A DNA stretch of 64,000 nt from Betaproteobacteria bacterium (GCA_004295105.1 SHNC01000215.1:71879-135878); one strand, 5' to 3'. Positions 53,311-62,800 are shown, counted from the first letter of the stretch. The notes: generated from the sequence alone by a model not told the origin. Numbers and translations are program-made.

Positions 53311-53883
53311 GCCTAACGATGGGCGCGAAGCATGGCTACCGTCCCAGAGAAAGCCGAATCGCGGACGGCCCGCCTTAGGGCAATGGTCCGCATCACGGAA
53401 CAAGGCAAGGACCAGGGCGCCGAAGGCCACACGTGCCTTCGGCTGGAGAGGAAGGAAAACCACCTGTGGGCGGCGTCAGCGCAGGCCGTCGTCAAAGCCG
53501 TTCGCTGCGTCAGCAATCGCACCCGGCCCGTTTCGTGGCTGGGGCCGGAAACCTCTGGCGTGCATCCACACACAAAGGGAGCCCGATGTTTCGCCGGCGG
53601 GCACCGGCACTGAATACCCTTGGCGCAAGGGGCCTCCTCACGGCTCGTGCGGCGGCGAGGCGTCAGGAGGCCCCTCAGGACCGAGGCAAGGCACACCGAT
53701 CAAGGGAATGGTGACGGGCGCAATTCGTGGAGCAATGACCTTCTCGCCCCGCCGCCCTGTACTGGGCAGACGGGGCGCGCACACCGTTGCAGAAGGAGAC
53801 GTGCGCTGGAGAGTCCCGCCATGCGCGGGACGTTTGCCCCGCCGCCAGGAAAGCGGCCGGCGTGGCAGAGGGACGTGTATGGG

Positions 53884-55899
53884 TCAGGTCGCCTTGGGCA
53901 CAGTGCGCTGCTTGCGTGGCGCTTCGCGCTTGCTTGCCGAGGACTCGAGCGGAAGCGTACCCTTGCAGTCTGGATAGCACCTGCATGACCAGAACGCGCC
54001 ACTCTTGCCGGTACGCTGGCGCATCGGCGCGCCGCACTGCGGGCAGCGCGGCGACGGCGGCAGCGCGATGGAAAGCATCGCGCCCCGATGCTGCTGCACA
54101 AGTTGGGCCACCCAGGCGGACTGCTTGGCGATGAAGGTATCCAGCGTCATCTGTCCGGCCTCGATCATGTCGAGCGCCTGCTCCCAGATGGCAGTCATGC
54201 CGGGATCGGCGATGGCCGCCGGTACGGCGTCGATGAGTGTGAAGGCCGCATCCGACGCGCGGATGGCGCGGCCCTTCCTCAGCAGGTAGCCGCGCTCGAG
54301 CAGGCCCGTGATTGTGCTGGCGCGCGTGGCCTCGGTACCGATGCCCGTCGTCTCCTTCAGCTTCTGTCTAAGCCGCGGGTCGTCCACAAGCTTGGCCACG
54401 CCCTTCATCGCCTTGACAAGTTCGCCCTGGGTGTAGGGCTTCGGCGGCAGCGTTTTCAACCCCTTCAGCTCGACATGTTCGACCCCGCAGCGCGATCCGC
54501 TCGCCAGTGGCGGCAGCACTTGGCTGCGCTGCGCTTCCTCGCCATCGGCAGCGTCCGGCTCCGGTGTCGCCAATACCTGGCGCCAGCCGATCACGACGAT
54601 CTGCTTGCCCACTGCCACAAGCGACTGGCCGCCGCTGGCGAGCTGTGCCACCGTACGGTCAAATTCATGGTGCGGGAGGAACTGCGCAAGGTAATGGGCG
54701 CGGATCAGCCGGTAGACGGCCCGCTCCTTATCGTTCATGGCCGACAGGTTGGCGGGCTCCAGCGTCGAGATGATGCCGTGGTGAGCCGTCACCTTGCCGT
54801 CGTTCCAGGCGCGCGAACGCTGGTTGCGGTCGAGCTGGCCGATCAAGGGCCGCAGGCAGGGATCGGTGGCGAGCAATGCATCGAGCACCGCCGGCACTTC
54901 CGCGAGCATGCTTTCCGGCAGATAGCGCGAGTCGCTGCGCGGATAGGTCGTCGCCTTGTGCGTCTCGTACAGCGCCTGCGCGATATCCAGCGTCTCCTGC
55001 ACATCGAGGCCGAGCTGACGCGAACACACTTCCTGCAAGGTGCCCAGGTCGAACGGTAGCGGCGGTGCCTCCCGCACACGCTCGGTGCCCACCGACACGA
55101 CCTGTGCATCGCATGCCGCGCGAATGCGATCCGCAGCCTGCTGCGTCACCGGCTGCTGTAGGCAGCGATCTGCTGCATCCGCGCTGCCTTCGGGCGGTTT
55201 CCAGTTCGCGGTGAAGGACTGGCCGTCATGGGATAGCAGCACGCCCACGGCCCAATAAGGCACGGAGACGAAGCGCGCGATCTCGCGATCGCGGTCCACC
55301 ACCAGTTTCAGCGTCGGTGTCTGAACGCGGCCCACCGACAGCACGCCGGTATAGCCGGCCTGGCGCCCCAGCAGTGTGAACAAGCGGCTCAGGTTCATCC
55401 CGATCAGCCAGTCGGCACGCGATCGGGCGAGTGCGGAGAAATACAGCGGCAGCGTCTCGGCGGACGGCTTGAGTGCCCTCAGCGCTTTGCGGATCGACGC
55501 ATCGTTGAGCGCCGACAGCCACAGACGCTGTATCGGCCCACGGTAGCCGCATAGATCGATGATCTCGCGGGCGATCATCTCGCCCTCGCGGTCGGCGTCG
55601 GTCGCAATCACCAGTTCGCCCGCCTTGGCGACATGCTGCTGCACGACCTTTAATTGCGCTGCGGTCGCCACCTTGGGCTCGACACGCCAACGCTCGGGAA
55701 GAATGGGCAGTTGCTCGATGGCCCAGCGCTTGTATTGCTCGCCGTAGCTTTCGGGCGGAACCGCCTCAACCAGATGACCGATGCACCAGGTCACGACGAC
55801 ACCCGCGCCACTGTAGCAGCCGTTGCCGCGTTGGCCGGCGCCCAGCACACGGGCAATGTCCTTGCCCTGGGACGGCTTCTCGCACAGGAACACGCGCAT
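53884..55899 (-). CDS. topB: DNA topoisomerase III
   Basis: MRVFLCEKPS, ATDADREGE, SVGRVQTP, TTYPRSD, GIGTEATR; C-terminal Zn ribbon. Confidence 0.96.
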   Translation of the reverse strand: MRVFLCEKPSQGKDIARVLGAGQRGNGCYSGAGVVVTWCIGHLVEAVPPESYGEQYKRWAIEQLPILPERWRVEPKVATAAQLKVVQQHVAKAGELVIATDADREGEMIAREIIDLCGYRGPIQRLWLSALNDASIRKALRALKPSAETLPLYFSALARSRADWLIGMNLSRLFTLLGRQAGYTGVLSVGRVQTPTLKLVVDRDREIARFVSVPYWAVGVLLSHDGQSFTANWKPPEGSADAADRCLQQPVTQQAADRIRAACDAQVVSVGTERVREAPPLPFDLGTLQEVCSRQLGLDVQETLDIAQALYETHKATTYPRSDSRYLPESMLAEVPAVLDALLATDPCLRPLIGQLDRNQRSRAWNDGKVTAHHGIISTLEPANLSAMNDKERAVYRLIRAHYLAQFLPHHEFDRTVAQLASGGQSLVAVGKQIVVIGWRQVLATPEPDAADGEEAQRSQVLPPLASGSRCGVEHVELKGLKTLPPKPYTQGELVKAMKGVAKLVDDPRLRQKLKETTGIGTEATRASTITGLLERGYLLRKGRAIRASDAAFTLIDAVPAAIADPGMTAIWEQALDMIEAGQMTLDTFIAKQSAWVAQLVQQHRGAMLSIALPPSPRCPQCGAPMRQRTGKSGAFWSCRCYPDCKGTLPLESSASKREAPRKQRTVPKAT

Positions 55900-56106
55900 G
55901 AAGTCTCCTTCGAAATGTGCGATTCATCGGATGGGCGTCAGCTTGGCGGGACCAGGAGATGCCGGCAGCAGGGAAGCCGATTGGTGCAGACACCGCTTTG
56001 TGATCGGCTGGCGGTCCGTTGCCGCAGCGGTTTGCATAGACGCAGGCGCTGGCACAGCAAGGGCGACGTTTCGGGAGCGCGGCTGGAACTCTGTGGACGA
56101 CCTTGG

Positions 56107-56127
56107 AGCTATCCCCTGGGGATAGCT
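56107..56127. promoter_or_regulatory. Perfect palindrome upstream of topB (candidate operator or parS-like site)
   Basis: AGCTATCCCC-t-GGGGATAGCT; the core recurs at 58012-58024. Confidence 0.5.
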
Positions 56128-56189
56128 CGTTGGTGCATCGCGGGCGTATGACGGTTGCTGCAGCCGCCCTCGAGGGGATTACGGGCGAG

Positions 56190-56573
56190 CTACTGTCCGC
56201 CGACCGGCTTGGCGCTGAGCGCCACCGACTCGATGCGGTACGGCAGGATGCCCACGCGTCGGGCCTCGACCTTGAATGTGGCGCGCTCGTTATTGTCGGC
56301 GTCCTCCCATTCGTCGCGCACGGTGCGGCCCTCGACCAGTACCCGCATACCTTTCTGGTACAGCGCTCTCCAGTGCTCGGTGTCGCGGTGCCACAGCTCC
56401 ACCGGCGCCCAGAAGCCGCCGCGATCTTCGTACTCGCCGTCTTTTTTCGGGATCGGGTTGTCGAAATAGACGTTCAGGCGAAGCAGCCGGCGCGGCTCGT
56501 CGTTACCGTTCGGGAATTCGCGGTAGTCCGGCGCAGAACCGATGTTGCCCTCGCCGACGAAGTGCGTGCTCAT
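56190..56573 (-). CDS. ssb: Single-stranded DNA-binding protein (ICE type)
   Basis: FVGEGNIGSAP...YFDN...GGFWAPVELW...KGMRVLVEGR OB fold. Confidence 0.92.
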   Translation of the reverse strand: MSTHFVGEGNIGSAPDYREFPNGNDEPRRLLRLNVYFDNPIPKKDGEYEDRGGFWAPVELWHRDTEHWRALYQKGMRVLVEGRTVRDEWEDADNNERATFKVEARRVGILPYRIESVALSAKPVGGQ

Positions 56574-57118
56574 GGTGACTCCTTGGTGGTGGGTGGAGCG
56601 GACGCCGTGTGCCCGTGGACACGGCGCAGGTAAGCTGCTTCGGCCTGGGCGGCCTTACTCGCGCACTCCCTGGCTTGACGAGCGATGCTGTGGGTCAGAC
56701 TGATCTGCATGTTCAGCACGATGCGCTGTAGTTCCATCGCATACAGATCGTCGATCAGCGAGGCCGGCGTCGCGGGGCTGGCGAGCAGGGCCTCCCATAA
56801 CACCGCGCCCATGGAGGAGCGGTCGAGGTTACGCCAGCGCAGAAAGGTCGTCCCTGCGCCAGTGGCCTGCTGGGCCAGTTGCACACCGAGCAGGCTGTAA
56901 GGGTAAGCGCGCGCCTGTGCCAACACGCGCCGCTGCGCCAGGCCAATCATTTCGTCGCGCAGCGCTGCGCAGCGGCTGGCCCAGGTTTCCAGACTCCCCT
57001 TACCCTTAAAAGGCTGTAAAAGCCCTTTTAGGTAGCCTGCGTGTTCCAGCCGCTGAAAGTCCGCCTGTTCGAGCGGCGTGAAGCGCGTGGCGTGGCTGAT
57101 GGGGGACAATGCGGTCAT
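56570..57118 (-). CDS. DUF3158 family protein (position and size of the ICEclc InrR-like regulator)
   Basis: LKGLLQPFKGKG...TTFLRWRN...E.QRIVLNMQISL. The InrR assignment is by synteny only. Confidence 0.8.
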   Translation of the reverse strand: MTALSPISHATRFTPLEQADFQRLEHAGYLKGLLQPFKGKGSLETWASRCAALRDEMIGLAQRRVLAQARAYPYSLLGVQLAQQATGAGTTFLRWRNLDRSSMGAVLWEALLASPATPASLIDDLYAMELQRIVLNMQISLTHSIARQARECASKAAQAEAAYLRRVHGHTASAPPTTKESP

Positions 57119-57888
57119 GCGCCAGCACCCTCATAGCCCGCCGCACTATCGGCTGCGCCACCCGTGGAAGCCGGCGCATCGAGCTCGTTGGCAGGCTCCG
57201 GCGTACCGGGTCTGGTCGTCCGCCGCGCGATCGGTGGCGCGAAGCGCGAGCGGCGCGAGCCTTCCAGCACGTTCTGCGGCAGCTCGCCGAACTTCTCCAG
57301 CGCCGCTCGCGCCACGGCGTTCTTCGCCGCGAAGTCGTCGCGCGTCGTACCCGAGTAGCGATACTGCTGGGCGAGCGAGAACAGGCTGCGCAGCGCATGG
57401 GCGCCATCATTGAGCCAGCGCTCCAAGGTGCTGCGGTCGATCAGCGCCGTGTGGTGCGCCAGGATGAGTTTTCGTGCCAGGCCGTCGTAGTCGGCCAGCA
57501 GGTACACCGCCATGAAGCCGAGCTGGGCGTTCACAAACAACGGCAGTTTCACCGGCTGCACATTCATGTTCTCGCCCAGCGACAGCGCCGGGGGCACGTC
57601 ATCCAAGGCCTGATCCACCTGTTCACGCAGGGTCTGAAGGCGGGTCTTGGTCTCGACGAGCTTGTCCTCGATCCGCAACATCCACCAGTCCGAGTACGGG
57701 TCGTCCTGCTCGGCGCCGCGCTTCATCTTGTTCATCAAACTGATGAAGCCGTTGAGTCCGATGATGCCGGCGCGTCCTTCGGTCGGCGCGCGGCCGTGCC
57801 ATATGCGCGAGGCGTGATGCGTGTGCAGCGTCAGCGACATCGCGCTGCGCAGCGACCCGAGATTCAGTTGCAGGGGTTCATTGGCCAT
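57115..57888 (-). CDS. PFL_4669-family ICE protein
   Basis: LGSLRSAMSLTLHTHHASRIWHGR...QDDPYSDWWM. Confidence 0.88.
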   Translation of the reverse strand: MANEPLQLNLGSLRSAMSLTLHTHHASRIWHGRAPTEGRAGIIGLNGFISLMNKMKRGAEQDDPYSDWWMLRIEDKLVETKTRLQTLREQVDQALDDVPPALSLGENMNVQPVKLPLFVNAQLGFMAVYLLADYDGLARKLILAHHTALIDRSTLERWLNDGAHALRSLFSLAQQYRYSGTTRDDFAAKNAVARAALEKFGELPQNVLEGSRRSRFAPPIARRTTRPGTPEPANELDAPASTGGAADSAAGYEGAGA

Positions 57889-58011
57889 GGAGTCGACTCG
57901 CGGTGTATGAGCAAGTCGCCAGCATCAGCACTGGCCGGAAGGCCGTCAGTCAACAAACCGCATTCGCGACCGGCCCGGTTTGCTCACAGCGGAAGGCTCC
58001 GTGTTCCAGCC

Positions 58012-58024
58012 ATCCCCTGGGGAT
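58012..58024. promoter_or_regulatory. Second copy of the ATCCCC-T-GGGGAT palindrome, upstream of the PFL_4669-like gene
   Basis: Direct sequence match to the core of 56107-56127. Confidence 0.45.
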
Positions 58025-58032
58025 AGTCAGCA

Positions 58033-59226
58033 TCAGCGTTCACGCAAGGCCTCTCGGAGTTGTGCCAGGTAGGCACGTGCCACCTCGGGGTCTGCCGGAC
58101 GGGATGCGGGCGGTGCCGATGGCGCTGGTGGCGGGGGCGCCGGCGGCAGCGATGCGCTTTCTCCAGCCCAGGCCCTGAACTCCCCGCGGATCGCCTTCTG
58201 GATGATGCCAAAAAGATAGCCGGCCGGGTTGCGTACCGCGCCGTTGCCGCAGCGTGCCGCCCACTCGTCGAGAACGGCCTGCCGCTGCGTCTCGTCCACC
58301 TGCTGCAGCGCCACCAGCGCGCCGGACTGCTGCTCGTCCTTCAGGCGCAGGAAGCGCTCGGGCAGCCGCAGATTCTGCAACGCCCGCGCGCGCGGTACCG
58401 TACGTACTTCATTGATACGACGATTACGTACTGTACGGTCCTCCTTCGGAATCCGAAGAGAGCTGTCCGGCGCAGGTTCAGATCCCGCTTCGGATTCCGA
58501 AGACAGGTGCAGAGCATTCCGAAGAAGGGCATCCCGGCCTTCTTCGGAATCGTGGTCGGCGACCTCCTGTGGATAACTCTCTGTTGCCAAGCCATGCCCC
58601 ACCATGCGCAGTGCCAGCACCTGCAAGCGGGTCGGCAGCGTGCGCCCGCTGAGCAGCGGGTCATCGGCAATCTCTTTGAGCGTATTCATGCCCACGATCT
58701 GTACCGCCTTGGCGGCATGGGTCAGCGCCTGGCTGACCAGGCCCAGGTAGTCGGGGTCGAGCTGCATCGCCTCGAAGGGCGACAGCGGTTCGTCGTGCAG
58801 TACATAGAGGTTACCTTGGATCCGGCCGGTCTTGGGATCGCGCCGCCGCCGCACGAGGCTGAGCCAGCGCGTCAGCCGCAGCAGCGTCAAGGCGCGCGCC
58901 ACGGTCTCGTGCGAGGCTTGCGCCGCACAGGGCATGGACGCCAGATAGGGGCGGAGCTGATCGTAGGTGGGAAAGGCGGTCACGCCGTCGTCGTTGAGCT
59001 GCAGGCGGAAAACCTGCCAGGCATTGCGCTCCAGCGGCGTCAGGCGCCGGTCGAGGAACAGCGCGCGCGGCACGCTCTCGTGCCGGTTGCCGCTATAAAG
59101 GAAACCGTCCTGGCTTGGCGCCGTGCCCTGCGCCGGTTCCCTCGGCTCAAAGTGCCGCAGCGCCTCGTCGAACAACGCCGACAGCGCGACGGGGCCTTCG
59201 CGCCATGGTGCACCTCCCGTGGTCAT
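58033..59226 (-). CDS. STY4528-family ICE replication-type HTH protein
   Basis: FLYSGNRHESVPRALFLDRRLTPLERNAW...FPTYDQL...LRLTRWLS; C-terminal RNPAGYLFGIIQKA. Confidence 0.88.
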   Translation of the reverse strand: MTTGGAPWREGPVALSALFDEALRHFEPREPAQGTAPSQDGFLYSGNRHESVPRALFLDRRLTPLERNAWQVFRLQLNDDGVTAFPTYDQLRPYLASMPCAAQASHETVARALTLLRLTRWLSLVRRRRDPKTGRIQGNLYVLHDEPLSPFEAMQLDPDYLGLVSQALTHAAKAVQIVGMNTLKEIADDPLLSGRTLPTRLQVLALRMVGHGLATESYPQEVADHDSEEGRDALLRNALHLSSESEAGSEPAPDSSLRIPKEDRTVRNRRINEVRTVPRARALQNLRLPERFLRLKDEQQSGALVALQQVDETQRQAVLDEWAARCGNGAVRNPAGYLFGIIQKAIRGEFRAWAGESASLPPAPPPPAPSAPPASRPADPEVARAYLAQLREALRER

Positions 59227-59229
59227 GTT

Positions 59230-59790
59230 CTACACCAGCCCCTGGTCGATCCACTTTCGTATCGCTGCCCACACCACCGACATCGGAAGGCTCAGCGCCT
59301 CGGCCAGGTCCATGGTCAGCGCCAGCATCGCCATATCGTCGGTGAGGGCAATACGGCGCTCGGCAACGCCGGCCTTCCAATCCTCCCACAAGACAGCGTC
59401 CTGCGGCTCGTCGAGCACCGGATGCCGACCCTTGCGCTTGGGCAGCCCGAGGATGTCGCGGCGCAACGCCACTTCCTGATGCGTGAGTCCGTAGAACGTG
59501 CTGACCATCTCCGTGCTCGCCCCCAGGCGCAGCATGCGGTCCACCGTGGCGATCTCCCGCTCCGCGTCGTGGACCTGGCTCAGCAGCCGCTTCAACACTT
59601 CCCGGTTCACCGATACCGAACACCACGACACCGTGGCATTCACCAGCATGCTCACGAGTTCGGGGTGCTTCAGCGCATCCAGCTCCTCCTCGCCGAAACC
59701 CATCGCCTTGCAGCGGCGCAATTGGCCGTTGCGCAGGTCATGCAGAGCCTGGGCGATCACGGCTTGGTTGAGCGGGTGCGGTGCCGACAT
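59230..59790 (-). CDS. DUF2857 family regulator (BisC-like)
   Basis: LNQAV...LRNGQLRRC...LRLGAS.EM...GLTHQEVALRR; synteny. Confidence 0.85.
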   Translation of the reverse strand: MSAPHPLNQAVIAQALHDLRNGQLRRCKAMGFGEEELDALKHPELVSMLVNATVSWCSVSVNREVLKRLLSQVHDAEREIATVDRMLRLGASTEMVSTFYGLTHQEVALRRDILGLPKRKGRHPVLDEPQDAVLWEDWKAGVAERRIALTDDMAMLALTMDLAEALSLPMSVVWAAIRKWIDQGLV

Positions 59791-59809
59791 ACGGAAACCT
59801 CCTGCGCGC

Positions 59810-61462
59810 TCAAAACTTGTGGCCCGGGTCACCGGCTTCCAGGTCCAGCAGCCGGCGCGCCAGGCGCAGCAGACGGAAGAGCTTCACCAGTGCAGCATCG
59901 CTCAGGCGTGTGGACGAGCCGCCGTGGCCAAGCAGCAGCGCCGCCAGCTCGTGGGTCAGCCGCGCGTGATCCAATCCGTTCGCGGGTGCCGGTGCAGCAC
60001 TCAGGGCATGCAGCAGCGTCAGCACCGTGCGCTCGAACGCCGGCAGCGCCTTCGCCTGGCCTACGGCCGGCGCCGCGCAGACGAAGCCGACGCCACCGTC
60101 GCTGGCCTCGATGTAGTCGGCTACTGCCGCCTCTCCGGCGATCTCGCGCGCGAACTGCGCGATGTGTACGCGCAGGTGATCCGGCACGTCCAGCCCCGGA
60201 TCGATGTACCAGACGTCCGAGATGGGATAGAGCCCGCCCGCCTGCACAGGGATTGCACGCAGCGCATCGGCCGCGAAGTCGGGCAGCTTGTCGCCAAGCT
60301 GGTCCGCGACCATCCGCTGGATGGATTGCAGGCGCTCCGTGGTCGGTGCCGGTGTCACGATGTGCCCTTGCAGGCGCTCGTCGCGTTGTCCGTGCTGGTC
60401 CTCCGGCGCTTCGGGAGGCGCAGGCGCAGGCGCAGGCGTTGTCCCTGCTGACGCTGGAGGCGCGACCGGCGTGGCGTCGCGCGACACAGACAAGGCGGGT
60501 GGCTGCTGAGGTGCGGAAACCGGCGGGGGAGCAGCAGCAGGCGCGACAGGCCCCGCCGGTTCGCTGGTCAGCACACGCTGACGGGCTTCACTGTCGCTGA
60601 TCTCCAGCGCCAGCGTGTCGTAGTCCGCATCCAGCAGCTCGGCCATCTGGCCCACCAGCTCGTCCTGCACCCGCCGTAGCGAGAACTCGTCCGGCTGTGT
60701 GTCGAACTGCGTCAGCACGTCCTGAAACAAGGTGGCGAAGTCCAAGGCCACGATGCGGCCCAGCGCACGCCGCTCCCAGATGCGCTCGCACGCCTTGCGC
60801 AACACGGCGAGCCGATCCACCTGATGCCGTCCCAGTCCGCCGTAGAGCAGCGTCGGAATCGCCGGCAGCAGATAGCGCACCGCATCGTTCATCCGGCTGA
60901 TGTGTGACTGCGGCACCGGATAACCGTCGGCCGTCAGCCGCCGCGCGAGCTCGCTCTGCGACAGCGCCTGGCCACTTTCCTGCTCGTAGAACTCGCGGGC
61001 CTTCTCGATGCCCAAGGCCCGCTCGATGAAGGTCAACCCGCCGCGCAGCTCGTTTTCGGCCAGATGCCCGGTCAGCGCAACGATTTCGCCGCGCGCGGGC
61101 CAAGGGCGGAACAAGCACGAAATGCGGAAGAAGCGTTCATCCTTCGTCTCGCGCCACAACTCGCGCAGGATCGCCAGCCGCGTGTTGCCGCCGTTGCGAA
61201 TGATGTAGTGCACCTCGCCCGGCCTGCGCGTGATTGCGGGGGGCGCGTCCAGACCGCGTTCGCGGATGGACGCCTTGATCTCCGCATAGACCGGGTTGCG
61301 CGTGACGCGCGGGTCGTGGTCGTAGGGCCGCAACTGGTCCAGCGTCACCACCATCGGCGTGTCGGCGATCGGGTCGCTCAAGGTCACGGCCGAAGGGCTG
61401 CTGCGCTCAAACCCTGTGGTCAACAGCTTGGCAGCCATGTCCTGCGGCGTCAGCTCAACCAC
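59810..61462 (-). CDS. parB: ParB-like ICE protein (BisD-like)
   Basis: LRPYDHDPR...IRERGLDAPP...GGNTRL...ENELRG...HTH ARRL...QSHISRM; GTG start overlaps the stop of the upstream small gene. Confidence 0.88.
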   Translation of the reverse strand: MVELTPQDMAAKLLTTGFERSSPSAVTLSDPIADTPMVVTLDQLRPYDHDPRVTRNPVYAEIKASIRERGLDAPPAITRRPGEVHYIIRNGGNTRLAILRELWRETKDERFFRISCLFRPWPARGEIVALTGHLAENELRGGLTFIERALGIEKAREFYEQESGQALSQSELARRLTADGYPVPQSHISRMNDAVRYLLPAIPTLLYGGLGRHQVDRLAVLRKACERIWERRALGRIVALDFATLFQDVLTQFDTQPDEFSLRRVQDELVGQMAELLDADYDTLALEISDSEARQRVLTSEPAGPVAPAAAPPPVSAPQQPPALSVSRDATPVAPPASAGTTPAPAPAPPEAPEDQHGQRDERLQGHIVTPAPTTERLQSIQRMVADQLGDKLPDFAADALRAIPVQAGGLYPISDVWYIDPGLDVPDHLRVHIAQFAREIAGEAAVADYIEASDGGVGFVCAAPAVGQAKALPAFERTVLTLLHALSAAPAPANGLDHARLTHELAALLLGHGGSSTRLSDAALVKLFRLLRLARRLLDLEAGDPGHKF

Positions 61463-61691
61463 GGCCGTCCTCCGGTGCCTGCCGGTCGGCACGGCGAAGC
61501 TGCGCGCGGGCATTGCGATCGGCACGGTGGTCGCTCGCAGTCGAGCTGGTAAAGATCGACGCGCAGCCTTGTTTCGTGAATTTCAGGTGCCCGCTGGACG
61601 TGCGCACCACGCACCAGCCATCACCCAGTGCGAATTCGATCAGCGCTCGCAGCCGTTCACGGCCACGCGCCAGTTCATGCGCGCTCGCCAT
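61455..61691 (-). CDS. Small basic protein between parA and parB (Shi-like; HicA-like motif)
   Basis: 78 aa: GWCVVRTSSGHLKFTK...IFTSSTASDHRA; overlaps both neighbours. Confidence 0.75.
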   Translation of the reverse strand: MASAHELARGRERLRALIEFALGDGWCVVRTSSGHLKFTKQGCASIFTSSTASDHRADRNARAQLRRADRQAPEDGRG

Positions 61692-62541
61692 GGCCGGCAC
61701 CTCCCCCATCGGGTCGGCCGGTGACCAGCGCGAAGCGCTCCCGCCACGGGGGGAACAGCTCGCCGGCCAGCATGCGCATGGTGTCCAGCGCCGCCGGCGC
61801 CGTGCGCCCAGTCGGCTGCCGGTACTCCACCCGATGTACGGGTAGTCCTCGCGTCGCAGCGCGCGGATACGCTTCGATGGCCGGCACGTCGGTGTCGAGC
61901 ACCTGCACGCCAGCCTGTTCCTGAAACACCTGTCGCAACGCCTGCTGGACCAGACGCGCGTTCGACGATACCGGATGCACACGGTTGATGAGCAGGCGCA
62001 GCGGCGGCGGCTCGATACCCAGGTGCCGATACGGCGCGATGTCCTCGATCAGTTGCAGCGTGCCGCGTCGCAGCTCGCGCGCCGCGAGGATTTCCGGCGT
62101 TACCGGCGACAGCGCCAAGTCCGACGCCAGCACCGCCATCTCCAGCAGCACACTGCGCGCACCCTGCGTATCGATCAACAGCAAATCATAGTGCGTGCGG
62201 AATGAGGGAAGCAAATGGCGCAGTCGCAGGCGTCCATCCGGAGCGTGCAACAGCAGCGTGCTCAGTTCACCGCGGTCGTCGTTGGAGAGCACCACGTCCA
62301 GGCCCGTGATCGCGGTGCGCGACACCAGTTGCCCGATGCGCCGCTCGTTGAAGGCCAGCATTTCGTAGATGCCACCGGGCGCGCGCACGTCCAGCGTGAA
62401 ATAGCTCGACAGCGTGGGCTGCACGTCCAGGTCAAGCAGCAGCACGCGCAGCCCCGAATCGGCAATGAAGCCGCCGAGGTTGGCTGCCGTCGTGGTCTTG
62501 CCCACGCCGCCCTTGGTCGAAATGATGGACACCACCTGCAT
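61675..62541 (-). CDS. parA: ParA/Soj family ATPase
   Basis: STKGGVGKTT, LDLDVQ, LLIDTQG. Confidence 0.95.
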   Translation of the reverse strand: MQVVSIISTKGGVGKTTTAANLGGFIADSGLRVLLLDLDVQPTLSSYFTLDVRAPGGIYEMLAFNERRIGQLVSRTAITGLDVVLSNDDRGELSTLLLHAPDGRLRLRHLLPSFRTHYDLLLIDTQGARSVLLEMAVLASDLALSPVTPEILAARELRRGTLQLIEDIAPYRHLGIEPPPLRLLINRVHPVSSNARLVQQALRQVFQEQAGVQVLDTDVPAIEAYPRAATRGLPVHRVEYRQPTGRTAPAALDTMRMLAGELFPPWRERFALVTGRPDGGGAGHGERA

Positions 62542-62581
62542 GCGCTTCTCCTCGTCGAATGGCATGAACGGAGAACAAGCG

Positions 62582-62800
62582 TCAGGCGCGTTCTTTGAGG
62601 CGATCGGAGATCCACTGTTCGATCTCCACCGAGTCCCAGCCCACCGCACGCACGCCCAGGCGCAGCGCCTTGGGGAACTTGCCTTCCTTCATCAGGCTGT
62701 AGATGTGCGCGCGCTTGAAGCCGGTCTTGGCTTCGACCTCGGCGCGGCGCAGGATGCGGTGTTCGGTCGTTGCCGCCGTAGCGTCGGTCTGCGAAGACAT
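62582..62800 (-). CDS. alpA: AlpA family transcriptional regulator
   Basis: RILRRAEVEAKTGFKRAHIYSLMKEGKFPKALRLGVRAVGW; GGAG RBS. Confidence 0.93.
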   Translation of the reverse strand: MSSQTDATAATTEHRILRRAEVEAKTGFKRAHIYSLMKEGKFPKALRLGVRAVGWDSVEIEQWISDRLKERA

